Source of the DNA: Christensenella sp.
GTDB taxonomy: Bacteria; Bacillota; Clostridia; Christensenellales; UBA3700
Assembly (NCBI GenBank): GCA_022784465.1
Contig: JALFUR010000004.1
Location: 354,372 to 418,371, forward strand
DNA length: 64,000 nt
Direction: 5' to 3'
Shown: piece after piece, positions 38,032-50,066 of the stretch
Layout: each line of letters opens with the position of its first letter
Numbering within the stretch: position 1 is the stretch's first letter
Position numbers and translations under genes: made by a program
The notes under the pieces: generated by a model
Seen by the model: the letters and a program-made list of their open reading frames with translations, nothing else
Told to the model about the DNA's origin: nothing
Database searches by the model: none

Positions 38032-40326
38032 TTATTCATCTCCTTTAATTAGCTTGTATAGCTTACTATTTGAAATTGGATTTTTCACATTTGGAATTAT
38101 TTTAAACTTATTATCCTCATACTTTATTAGCCCTAAATCCAAAAAAACAAACATAGCTATTACAAAATTATTATAATTTACATTTAGTCTTTTTTCAATA
38201 TCAATATAAAGCAAATAAAGTTCAATATAAGGATTTTTTCTAATTGTTTCAACTGCTTGAATATATATTTTTCCTAAAGAAGAATAATCTAATAAATAAT
38301 CTTTTAATTCATTTGCTGGCGCATAGTTTTCAACATAATACACCTCGCAATCTTTATCTAGTAACAACATATCTATATAGCCTAAAGAAATTGGCCTATC
38401 TAAGAATATTAACTTCTTATAATTACTCAAGTTTTCTAGATTATTTAATGAATAAGCAATTATATTATCTGGACATCTAGAATCTAAAAAATACGACAAA
38501 TGCTTAACCTGAGGCATATTTTCTATTGCTTTAAGATAAGTGTCTTTTGAAAAGCATATATATGCGCAACCATACAAGCACTCTTTTGAAATATTAATTG
38601 CCTCTTCAAAAGAAATCTTTTTAGGATAAAAAATGCTTTTATCTTCATATAGCGAAGTATTTAAATAATTCTCTGCATTTATATGATCATAATCTTCGCT
38701 TTTTATATCACTAATTTGAGCTTGAATATAGCTTGTATTTCCATATTCAGCTTCTTCAAGTGTAAAGAATATTGATTTTACAATATCACTGTTTATAAAA
38801 GATAATTTATTCGCATAATAAAATCCTACCATTTGAAAGTTTCCTTTCTTGTATAGAATATGAGGAGAATTCATTTTTAATTGCTTAAAATTAATATTTT
38901 GAATTTTATCGTAAAATACAGGCTTTTCGTTACCCTCGCCAAATGGCTGCAATTTATTAAGCTCAAGCATCAATTTATTTAGATTTTTAATTTCTCTAAA
39001 ATTATATAAATTTGTCTCTTGTTGCTCAATTATCTTTCCAATGTATGCTTCTTTATAATACTCATTTATTCTTAATTTAAAATCTTCAAACAAATCTTTT
39101 TTAATAGTTATGCCGCAAGCTTGTGGATGACCGCCAAATTTGTCCAAAATTTCATTTGCGCTGTTTACACATTCAAATATGTTAACTTCAGGAATAGAAC
39201 GCCCTGAGCCCTTTAAAACATCGCCATTTTGAGTAAATACTATTGCAGGACGATTATATGTATTCACAATTTTTGCAGCAACAATTCCCAAAACGCCTTC
39301 ATCCCATTTTTCGCCTTTTACTACAATTATTGGATACTTTTCAAAATTATATTTTTTTAACGACTCATCTACGCTATCATAAATTAATTTTGTTTGATTT
39401 TGTCTTTTTGTATTTATTTCATTTATATCTTCAATCAATGAAGAAATAACAAATGGATCTTCATCATACTTGAATAAATCTAAAACTTTAGTGGCATTTT
39501 CCATTCTGCCAACAGCATTAATTCTTGGAGCAATTCTAAAAGCTACATCTATTGAACTAATCTTAGATAACTTTAAAGAGTTTTTCAATTCCTTAAATGC
39601 AGCTCTTGGCTTAGAATTGATTAGATTTAATCCTCTAATAACAATCTTTCTATTATCCTCAACAAGTGGCACAATATCTGCAATTGTAGCAACCGCAGCT
39701 AAATCATAATATTTAAAGCTCTCTTCCTTGCCGCCCAAGCCTTCTATAAGCCTTAAAACAACCCCAGCTCCACATAAATTAGCAAAACCTTTATCTGATA
39801 AATGCGGATTAAATATTGGGCAATCAGGAAGAATCTCTTTAGGACTATGGTGATCTGTTATTACAACATCAAATCCTAATGCTTCTTGGATATATAAAAC
39901 TTCATCAACACTTGTTATTCCGCAATCTACGGTAATTAATAAGTCAGGAAAATATTCTTCAGCAATTTCTTCAAGCGCATTTTCGTTCATTCCATAGCCT
40001 TCAGAATGTCTATCTGGAATATAATAATTAGCATTTACTCCTTTTGAGATTAAAAAAGAATAAAGCATAGCAGTAGCACATAAGCCATCACAATCGTAAT
40101 CGCCATAAATTACTACAGTTTCTTTATTATCTATCGCTTGTTGAATTCTTTCTTTTACTCCCTTATAGCCTTTGTAATCATTTAAATCAGAAAGTAAATC
40201 TAAATTTGGAGAAAGAAAATCCTCGCACTCTTCAATTGTGGTAAAACCACAATTTACAAGGCATTGCGCGGTGATTCTTTCTATATTTAATTTTTCTGAA
40301 AAAAATTCTACTAATTTATTATCCAT
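38032..40326 (-). CDS. recJ: Single-stranded-DNA-specific exonuclease RecJ
   Basis: DHH motifs (IYGDYDCDG, VDCG, ITDHH) and DHHA1 (GGHPQACG), with a long C-terminal extension. Confidence 0.9.
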   Translation of the reverse strand: MDNKLVEFFSEKLNIERITAQCLVNCGFTTIEECEDFLSPNLDLLSDLNDYKGYKGVKERIQQAIDNKETVVIYGDYDCDGLCATAMLYSFLISKGVNANYYIPDRHSEGYGMNENALEEIAEEYFPDLLITVDCGITSVDEVLYIQEALGFDVVITDHHSPKEILPDCPIFNPHLSDKGFANLCGAGVVLRLIEGLGGKEESFKYYDLAAVATIADIVPLVEDNRKIVIRGLNLINSKPRAAFKELKNSLKLSKISSIDVAFRIAPRINAVGRMENATKVLDLFKYDEDPFVISSLIEDINEINTKRQNQTKLIYDSVDESLKKYNFEKYPIIVVKGEKWDEGVLGIVAAKIVNTYNRPAIVFTQNGDVLKGSGRSIPEVNIFECVNSANEILDKFGGHPQACGITIKKDLFEDFKLRINEYYKEAYIGKIIEQQETNLYNFREIKNLNKLMLELNKLQPFGEGNEKPVFYDKIQNINFKQLKMNSPHILYKKGNFQMVGFYYANKLSFINSDIVKSIFFTLEEAEYGNTSYIQAQISDIKSEDYDHINAENYLNTSLYEDKSIFYPKKISFEEAINISKECLYGCAYICFSKDTYLKAIENMPQVKHLSYFLDSRCPDNIIAYSLNNLENLSNYKKLIFLDRPISLGYIDMLLLDKDCEVYYVENYAPANELKDYLLDYSSLGKIYIQAVETIRKNPYIELYLLYIDIEKRLNVNYNNFVIAMFVFLDLGLIKYEDNKFKIIPNVKNPISNSKLYKLIKGDE

Positions 40327-40327
40327 A

Positions 40328-40355
40328 ATAAAAAGGGGCTGCCGTAAGCAACCCC
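40328..40355 (-). terminator. Hairpin plus T run after secF, abutting the recJ start
   Basis: Minus strand reads GGGGTTGC-TTACG-GCAGCCCC then TTTTTATTATG, where ATG is the recJ start codon. Confidence 0.55.
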
Positions 40356-40364
40356 ATTCAATTT

Positions 40365-41546
40365 TTATTTAGCGCCTACATATTTTGGCTTTGAAGCTGC
40401 TGCTTCTTGAAGTTTCTTTTCTTTTCTCTTTTGTTTATTCTTTTCATGTGCTGTTACTAAAATATAGTACAAAGCTGGAGCAATAAACATTGATGAATAG
40501 AAACCAGCAACTAAACCAAATATTACAGGTAATGCAAATTCATTTACTGTTGAAGAACCAAAGATTGCAAAGATTACTATAGTAACCATTGTAGTTAATG
40601 TAGCATTAATAGATCTTTGTAAAGTTTGTTTAATAGATACATCTATTAATCTTGAGATATCATATTTTGCATTTAGTTTCTTTTCGTTCTTAACATTTTC
40701 TCTTAATCTATCAAATACAACGATAGTATTGTTAATTGAGTAAGATACAATTGTTATAATCGCAGCAACAAATGAACTATTTACTTGTATATGGAATACA
40801 ATTGTCAATGATACTAAGATTAAAACGTCATGAATCAATGCAACAACAGCTGCAATACCACTCCAAATTTCGAATCTTATAATAATATAAACTAAGATGA
40901 TAGCAAGAGAGATTGCTAAACACATTAATGCAGTTTTAATCAAATCTAATGAAGCTGTTGCACCAATGTTTTCATAAGTGATCATATCTTTAATTTCATC
41001 ATATTGAACATCTGTCAATTTTTCTTGTAACGCAGCAACAACGCTTTCTTTAATTAATTCATTTCTCTTTGCTGAAAGTGTATTATCTGCATCGTATGTT
41101 GTAGATACGTTGTCATATTTAAATACGATTGCATATTCATCATCACTTCCTGAAGATTGAGAATAAGTTATTGTAGCTTTTCCTGCGTTTGCATTTGGAA
41201 GTACAATTGTATTATCGTTATATCTTTCTTTGTATTCGTCAGACACACCATATTCAAGTACTTCTTGTCCGATTGACTCTTTTTCAATTGCGTCTCTTAT
41301 TAACTCTTCATATTCATCATAATTTGAATCATTCAAATATGTTCCTAAAGTAACAGTCATAATAGAACCACCGGCAAAGTCAATACCAATGTTCATACCT
41401 TTCTTTACGTCTTTATATACTCCGCAGTATACACCGAACATTATTCCTGCTAAAACAATAATGACAAGAGGAAGAATTATCCAATATTTCATATTCTTAG
41501 CAATAGGTAAATTAAAGTGTTTTTCCAAATTTATCATATTACTCAC
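40365..41546 (-). CDS. secF: Protein translocase subunit SecF (enlarged extracytoplasmic domain)
   Basis: GIDFAGGS motif and the conserved C-terminal TM bundle. About 160 aa separate TM1 and TM2. Confidence 0.9.
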   Translation of the reverse strand: MSNMINLEKHFNLPIAKNMKYWIILPLVIIVLAGIMFGVYCGVYKDVKKGMNIGIDFAGGSIMTVTLGTYLNDSNYDEYEELIRDAIEKESIGQEVLEYGVSDEYKERYNDNTIVLPNANAGKATITYSQSSGSDDEYAIVFKYDNVSTTYDADNTLSAKRNELIKESVVAALQEKLTDVQYDEIKDMITYENIGATASLDLIKTALMCLAISLAIILVYIIIRFEIWSGIAAVVALIHDVLILVSLTIVFHIQVNSSFVAAIITIVSYSINNTIVVFDRLRENVKNEKKLNAKYDISRLIDVSIKQTLQRSINATLTTMVTIVIFAIFGSSTVNEFALPVIFGLVAGFYSSMFIAPALYYILVTAHEKNKQKRKEKKLQEAAASKPKYVGAK

Positions 41547-42924
41547 CCTCCTTTACCATTTCTGTTTCTTTATTTGGCTCTTCAATCACTGGAGCCTCCT
41601 CTTCTCTAAACAATGCATAGTATGCAGCGTCTTGCTCTCTTGTAAATGACATAATGCAAGCCAAAACAAGTCTTGTAACAAGAAGAGATGAAATTAATGA
41701 CATAATAATACCAATTAACAATGTAATACCAAAACTCTTTAATGTTGAAGTACCTGCAACGATTAACACTACAGCACCGATAATTGTTGTAATGTTACCG
41801 TCAAGTATAGCTCCCATTGAACGCTTAAATCCTGTTGAAACAGCAGTTCTTATAGTCTTTCCTGAAGCATATTCTTCTTTGATACGTTCAAATATAATAA
41901 CATTTGCATCAACAGCCATACCTATTGCTAGTAGAACACCGGCAATACCAGATAATGTCAATTGTACCCATGGGAATACAGCTAAGAAGAATAAGAATGT
42001 CAATGAATACCACCATAGTGTTATACTTGCAGCTACACCCATCAATCTATATAACAAAATCAAATATAGCATAATAAGAATAACGCCTACGATACCTGCG
42101 ATAACACCGGCTTTTATTGCATTTTCTCCTAATGTAGCTGAGATTGTGCTACATGATGCCATCTTTAATGTTAATGGGAAAGAACCCGCTGTAATTTGAA
42201 CAGCTAAGTCATATGCATCATCATATGAATAGTTACCTGAAATACTACATGTACCAGTTGTAATTGCTGTATTTACTGTAGGGTGAATGATTTCTTGATC
42301 GTTGATATAAATAGCTAATTGTTTTCCTACTAATGCTGTTGTAGCATCACCAAACAATTTTGTTCCCTCTGTTGAGAATTGTAATACTACTTCATAATAG
42401 CCTGATTCACTATTATATTGAACACCAGCATTAACAATATCGTCACCAGTTAATTTTCTAGATAACTTAACAGAACCTGTTTCATCGTTTAAAGATAAAT
42501 CGTTTGTTCCATCAACATATTCTTTAAATTCCAAATTAGCAGGATTACCAATTAATTCGAAAATTCTTTCTGGATCATCGACATCTGGAATTTCTACACG
42601 AATTGAAGTTCCACTAACTGTAACTTGAGCTTCTGTATATCCCTTATTGAAAAGCAATTGAGACATTGCTTCTTGAGTTCCTTCTATAGCAGCCTTTTTT
42701 TGATCATCACTTAAGCTTGTATACTCTTCTGTAGTTGTATCTACATCATATACGGCATAGATACCACCGCTTAGATCAAGGCCCAAACTAATCTTTTTTG
42801 GAAATGCATTGTAATTGTATAGCCCAAGTTCACCATTATCTAGCGAAACAAAAGCAAATACCGTTCCTAAAATTATTAGAGTGCATAAGATTGACAAAAT
42901 CGTTATTGATTTGTACTTTTTCAC
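41539..42924 (-). CDS. secD: Protein translocase subunit SecD
   Basis: LGLDLSGG motif and an RND-like TM bundle (AVDANVIIFERIKEE). It overlaps the secF start. Confidence 0.9.
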   Translation of the reverse strand: MKKYKSITILSILCTLIILGTVFAFVSLDNGELGLYNYNAFPKKISLGLDLSGGIYAVYDVDTTTEEYTSLSDDQKKAAIEGTQEAMSQLLFNKGYTEAQVTVSGTSIRVEIPDVDDPERIFELIGNPANLEFKEYVDGTNDLSLNDETGSVKLSRKLTGDDIVNAGVQYNSESGYYEVVLQFSTEGTKLFGDATTALVGKQLAIYINDQEIIHPTVNTAITTGTCSISGNYSYDDAYDLAVQITAGSFPLTLKMASCSTISATLGENAIKAGVIAGIVGVILIMLYLILLYRLMGVAASITLWWYSLTFLFFLAVFPWVQLTLSGIAGVLLAIGMAVDANVIIFERIKEEYASGKTIRTAVSTGFKRSMGAILDGNITTIIGAVVLIVAGTSTLKSFGITLLIGIIMSLISSLLVTRLVLACIMSFTREQDAAYYALFREEEAPVIEEPNKETEMVKEGE

Positions 42925-43009
42925 CTTAAATGTGCCTCCTAGTCATTAATAATAATATTATAAATATATAAAATAAAATATGTCAATAACAATTAACCCA
43001 AAAGTAGGA

Positions 43010-44371
43010 TTAATACTGAGCAGAATCCTCTATAGCTTTTATCGCTAAAGATAAATCCATTCTCTTTCTTTCAAGTTGACATGTAATATTGTATGGTTTA
43101 TTCATAGAACCTGCATAATTCAAGTTATTTGCAATGCAGCCACCCGAACAATAATACTTAGCTGGACAAAGTGTACAATCCGGCTTATTTGTTACAATAT
43201 TTTCAGCAAATTTTTTAGATATTTCAAGATTTATGTTTTTATCAAAAACATTACCCATGTAATAGTCCTTGTTTTCAGCAAATTGATGGCATGGGAAAAT
43301 ATCTCCTGTTGGAGTAACTGCTAGATACTCACATCCGCTTCCACATCCTGTCAATCTTTTTACAACACATGGACCACTTTCTATATCTATCATAAAATGG
43401 AAGAAATTAAACCATTTGTCAGTTTTTCTTCTATCTAAATAAACTTCTGCTAATTTTTCGTATTCTCTTAGTATAGTTGGAACCATTTCCTCTGTTATTT
43501 TCAAATCTTCAATATCAGTAACAACTGGCTCCATAGAAATCTGATCAAAGCCTTGGTCGTTTAAGAATAAAACATCATTAGTAAAGTCTAGATTTTTCGC
43601 AGTATATGTTCCTCTAACGTAATATTGTTTGCCATTTCTAGCATTTTTTACTTTCAAAGCATTTTTCAATACTATGTCAAATACACTTTTTCCGTTTACA
43701 GATTTTCTTACATTGTCATTTACTTCTTTTCTTCCATCTATGCTTAGTACAAAATTGTTCATTTCTTTATTAAGCCATTCAATGTTTTCATCGTTAAGTA
43801 AAATGCAATTTGATGTCATTGTAAAAGAAAACTTTTTCCCTACTTTTTCTTCAATGCTTCTTGCATATTCAACAATTTGCTTAACAACATTAAAGTTCAT
43901 CATTGGCTCACCACCAAAGAAATCCACTTCTAAATTTTTTCTTTTACCAGAATATTTAACAAGAAAATCTATTGCGTTTTTGCCTACTTCAAATGACATA
44001 TGAGCGCGCGATCTTGTATGATACGTTCCCTCATCTGCAAAACAATATTGACATTTTAAATTGCAATCATGACAAATATGCAAACATAGCGCCTTTATTT
44101 CCCCTATCTTTTTTGCTTTAGCAAAAGTTGTGCATGGAGATTCTAAGACGCCTTCTTTTATTAGTTCATCTAATTCTGAATTAATTTCATCAATATCACT
44201 TTGAGAAATCTGTTTTAATTGAGCTTGTTGCTCTATAGATAAATCATGTTCAAATCTATCTTTAGCAACTAAAAAAGTGACAAAATCTACATTGTGTAAA
44301 CTGCCACTTTCACTATCCCACATAAAATAATAAGCTCTATCGTGATAAGTAAAGCTAAATGAATGTGTCAT
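43010..44371 (-). CDS. Radical SAM/SPASM maturase of the SCIFF peptide
   Basis: CNLKCQYCF (CxxxCxxC) and a Cys-rich C-terminal SPASM region (CGSGCEY..., CTLCPAKYYCSGGC). It lies directly downstream of a SCIFF precursor ORF. Confidence 0.85.
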   Translation of the reverse strand: MTHSFSFTYHDRAYYFMWDSESGSLHNVDFVTFLVAKDRFEHDLSIEQQAQLKQISQSDIDEINSELDELIKEGVLESPCTTFAKAKKIGEIKALCLHICHDCNLKCQYCFADEGTYHTRSRAHMSFEVGKNAIDFLVKYSGKRKNLEVDFFGGEPMMNFNVVKQIVEYARSIEEKVGKKFSFTMTSNCILLNDENIEWLNKEMNNFVLSIDGRKEVNDNVRKSVNGKSVFDIVLKNALKVKNARNGKQYYVRGTYTAKNLDFTNDVLFLNDQGFDQISMEPVVTDIEDLKITEEMVPTILREYEKLAEVYLDRRKTDKWFNFFHFMIDIESGPCVVKRLTGCGSGCEYLAVTPTGDIFPCHQFAENKDYYMGNVFDKNINLEISKKFAENIVTNKPDCTLCPAKYYCSGGCIANNLNYAGSMNKPYNITCQLERKRMDLSLAIKAIEDSAQY

Positions 44372-44382
44372 TATATTTTATA

Positions 44383-44559
44383 TTAGAATAAAGGTTTTTT
44401 TGGAGTATTATTAATCTTTTCTTCTTTATGTTGACAAGATTGATTTCCTACTGTGCAAGATGTTTTACATGCTGATTGGCAAGATGATTGACATTCTCCA
44501 CAACCAATATTTCCTTCTTTTTTCATTCCGTTTTTAACAATTGAATTAATATGTTTCAT
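44383..44559 (-). CDS. SCIFF (six-Cys-in-forty-five) ranthipeptide precursor, 58 aa
   Basis: Not in the ORF track because it is under 60 aa. GGAGG lies 6 nt before the ATG. Translation is MKHINSIVKNGMKKEGNIGCGECQSSCQSACKTSCTVGNQSCQHKEEKINNTPKKPLF, and the GCGECQ.SCQSACKTSCTVGNQ core is the SCIFF signature. Confidence 0.85.
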   Translation of the reverse strand: MKHINSIVKNGMKKEGNIGCGECQSSCQSACKTSCTVGNQSCQHKEEKINNTPKKPLF

Positions 44560-44659
44560 ACATAACCTCCGAAGTAATCTATATATATATTATTATATTT
44601 TAAAAAACATTTCAACTACTTTATTTTAACAAAAAAGTAAGATTTAATTATTTGATATC

Positions 44660-45040
44660 TTAAGACTCTTTTTTAATATTTACTTTAAAAATACCAGCAA
44701 CAATTCCGCTTATAAAACAAGAAATAATGTCGCAAATTGTAAATGTTGACAAAGAAAAATCTTTATTTACTATTGAATAGATTAAATATGTAAATAAAGC
44801 ATATATAATCCCTACAACAAGACCTTTAATCATTCCTTTTTTCATTTCTTTAAAAGCCATAAAAACGCCAATAAATATACTCAACATTTTAATTACAATA
44901 TTTAAAGCAATAACTCCCTTTTCTCCAATAGATGAGAACATGATTATTACTGCAAGTATTGCTATTAATACAGCGCTGAATATTAAAGAATATATAGATG
45001 CTAAAATAACATCTAAGTAACTTCGATTAACTCTTTCCAT
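44660..45040 (-). CDS. Small 4-TM membrane protein (TIGR04086-like, commonly between yajC and SCIFF)
   Basis: 126 aa with four hydrophobic helices. The assignment rests mainly on position. Confidence 0.45.
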   Translation of the reverse strand: MERVNRSYLDVILASIYSLIFSAVLIAILAVIIMFSSIGEKGVIALNIVIKMLSIFIGVFMAFKEMKKGMIKGLVVGIIYALFTYLIYSIVNKDFSLSTFTICDIISCFISGIVAGIFKVNIKKES

Positions 45041-45085
45041 AAATTACCCCATAAAATCTTATGAGAAAAAATCATATGAAATTAC

Positions 45086-45117
45086 AAAAAAATGGATGCT
45101 TCACCTAAGAAACATCC
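45086..45117 (-). terminator. Intrinsic terminator after yajC
   Basis: Minus strand reads GGATGTTTC...GAAGCATCC followed by TTTTTTT. Confidence 0.7.
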
Positions 45118-45142
45118 AAATTATTTTTTACAAAATTAATTA

Positions 45143-45559
45143 TTAGTTATCTTTTTTCTCTTCTTTTTCTTCTACTACAGGAGCAACATCATCTTTTGCT
45201 AATTCTGGTTCATCTTTAACTTCTTCTAATGTTCCATCAGCAGCTGGTTGCATAACTGTATAAACAGCGCTTCTATCTATAGCAACGATTTGAGATCCAT
45301 CTAATTTAGCACTTAAATCTAAAGTAATAACTCCTGCTTGTGCATCTATAGTTTTGATTTCTCCAATAAAACCACCAATAGTTTTAATTTTTGTACCAGG
45401 TTTTAAACTTTCCATCATCTTTTGAGTTTCTTTTTGACGTTTCTTTTGTGGAACGATTGACATAACAATCATAAGAACAAACAAAACGCCTAAAACAACA
45501 AGCATAATCCAATTGTTTCCGCTAGTTGAATCTGCTGCAATATTTACTAATATATTCAT
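45143..45559 (-). CDS. yajC: Preprotein translocase subunit YajC with an acidic C-terminal extension
   Basis: Single TM, then QKKRQKETQKMMESLKPGTKIKTIGGFIGEI, the YajC core. About 45 extra residues follow. Confidence 0.85.
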   Translation of the reverse strand: MNILVNIAADSTSGNNWIMLVVLGVLFVLMIVMSIVPQKKRQKETQKMMESLKPGTKIKTIGGFIGEIKTIDAQAGVITLDLSAKLDGSQIVAIDRSAVYTVMQPAADGTLEEVKDEPELAKDDVAPVVEEKEEKKDN

Positions 45560-45674
45560 AAATCAAATCTCCTTAAATTTAATTTCGCTTTTAATAATAT
45601 AATAAAAATCTATTTTATGCAACTTTTATTATATTAGATACTCTATCTCAAAAAAGTTGAGGTGGTTTTATAAC

Positions 45675-47881
<2,207 letters not shown>

Positions 47882-48916
47882 TTAAATCCATTGAAAGTTG
47901 TTCAACATAATTTGGAACTTTTCTTCCTAAATGCTTATAAGCATCTGGTAAACAAATACGACCTCTTGGTGTTCTTGCTATGAATGTAATTTGCATTAAA
48001 TATGGCTCATATACATCTTCGATAGTAGATGCATCTTCTCCTATAGAAGCCGCAAGTGTATCTAATCCTACAGGGCCACCATTAAACTTATCTATCATAG
48101 TAAGCAACAAGCGTCTATCTATTGAATCTAATCCTAATTCGTCAATTTCCATTTTTTTCAATGACCAATCAGTTATTTCTCTATCTATATAACCTTCGCC
48201 TTTGACCTCGGCAAAATCTCTAACTCTTTTTAATAATCTATTTGCAATTCTTGGTGTTCCACGACTTCTTTTTGCAATTTCATTTGCCCCGTCTTCTGTT
48301 ACATCAATATTCAATAATCCTGCAGATCTTTTTACAATTATAGCTAACTCCTCAGGTTTATATAATTCCAATCTGCAATGAACGCCAAATCTATCTCTAA
48401 GAGGACTAGATAAATTTCCAGCTTTTGTTGTTGCACCAATTAGCGTGAACTTTGGAAGCGCCATTCTCATAGATCTTGCAGTAGGTCCTTTACCTATTAC
48501 GATATCTAGAGCAAAATCTTCCATTGCTGAATATAAGATTTCTTCAACATTGCGATTTAATCTATGTATTTCATCTATAAATAAAACATCATTTTCTTGC
48601 AAATTTGTCAAAATTGCAGCAAGATCAACTGCCTTATCTATTGCTGGTCCTGATGTGATTTTAATTTGACTATCCATCTCATTTGCAATAATAAAAGCTA
48701 AAGTTGTTTTACCAAGTCCAGGAGGACCAAATAGCAAAATATGGTCAAGTGACTCATGTCTTTTTTTAGCGGCTTGAATATATATTTCAAGATTCTCTTT
48801 AATTTGATCTTGTCCTGTATAGTCAGCCATAGTTTTTGGACGAAGTTTGTTGTCGTTATCTACATCAACAACACTTTCCATAGATGACATAAATCTTTCT
48901 TCTTCTGAAAAATCCA

Positions 48917-49507
48917 TTATTTCATACTCCTAAATACTAAACTAATTAACTCTTCTGTTGTACTTGCCTTAGGTCTATATAAAGAAACCTGTCTAGTTGC
49001 TTCACTCTTACTCATTCCTAAAGAAGAAAGTGCAAGAATTGCATCTTGAGAAATAGGATCGTCAATTTTTGGAATAGGTGTATCACTTAAACTTTCAAAA
49101 TCTTCCTCTTCTAATTTCTCTTTTAATTCCATAATTATTCTCATTGCAGTTTTCTTGCCAATTCCCTTTATTTTTGCTAGTGCCTTATAATCTGAATTAA
49201 CAATGTTAAGCGCAAGAGTTTTTGGATCAATTCCTGACAAAATTTGAAGTGCTGTTTTTGGTCCAACTCCACTTATTGATGTCAATTTTATAAACATAGC
49301 TTTCTCTTCTTTTGTGCTAAATCCATAAATTTTGATAACATCATCAGCAATTTTAACACAAGTAAATACAGTAATTGTTTCACCTATGTGTCCAAATGCA
49401 TTTAAAGTATTGTTAGAAACTAAAATATCAAAACCGATATTGTTGCAATCTACAACGATCCTTCCTTCTTCAAAAAATATAACTTTACCAGTAATCGAAT
49501 AATACAT
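48917..49507 (-). CDS. ruvA: Holliday junction DNA-binding protein RuvA
   Basis: OB N-domain, two HhH motifs ([19 protein letters not shown]) and C-terminal domain III. Confidence 0.9.
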   Translation of the reverse strand: MYYSITGKVIFFEEGRIVVDCNNIGFDILVSNNTLNAFGHIGETITVFTCVKIADDVIKIYGFSTKEEKAMFIKLTSISGVGPKTALQILSGIDPKTLALNIVNSDYKALAKIKGIGKKTAMRIIMELKEKLEEEDFESLSDTPIPKIDDPISQDAILALSSLGMSKSEATRQVSLYRPKASTTEELISLVFRSMK

Positions 49508-49574
49508 ATATTTATATTAAATTATAAAAAATATAAAGTCAATTAAATGCAAAAAATCCAATAATAATACTAGA

Positions 49575-50066
49575 TTAAATTCTAAATAAACCACCTAATC
49601 TTGCAGATTGTGCATGAGTTAAAGCAAGAGCAAGTGCATCTGCTGCGTCGTCAGGCTTTGGAGGCTTAGACAACTTCAACATTTTTGTAACCATATATTG
49701 AATTTGTTTTTTTTCTGCTTTTCCATATCCTGTCATAGCTTGCTTAACTTGAAGAGGTGTATATTCAAACAAATTGTTACACTTATTCATACAAGCAAGC
49801 AAAATTACGCCTCTAGCTTGCGCAACATTAATTCCTGTTGTTGTATTTGTATTGAAAAATAATTCTTCAAGCGCAATAGAATCAGGTTTATATTTGTCTA
49901 ATAAGGCATTCATACCTTCATAAATAAGTTTTAATCTTTGCGGAACTTTCAATTCTTTTGGAGTATTTATTACGCCATAATCAACAACAGAAGAATTGCC
50001 TCTTTCTACACTGATAACACCATATCCTACTATTGCCAATCCTGGGTCAATACCTAAAATTATCAT
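49575..50066 (-). CDS. ruvC: Holliday junction resolvase RuvC
   Basis: ILGIDPGLAIVGYG and the C-terminal DAADALALAL. Confidence 0.9.
   Translation of the reverse strand: MIILGIDPGLAIVGYGVISVERGNSSVVDYGVINTPKELKVPQRLKLIYEGMNALLDKYKPDSIALEELFFNTNTTTGINVAQARGVILLACMNKCNNLFEYTPLQVKQAMTGYGKAEKKQIQYMVTKMLKLSKPPKPDDAADALALALTHAQSARLGGLFRI

Noticed and set aside
41654-42199. 181-aa plus-strand ORF inside secD. Similar antisense ORFs occur in oadA (1107..1325), lysA (11244..11639), ilvB (13592..13999), proA (50622..50948) and infC/rpmI (53358..53816).
   Set aside because: All lie opposite strongly supported conserved genes, lack an RBS and have low-complexity translations. These are typical shadow ORFs in AT-rich genomes.
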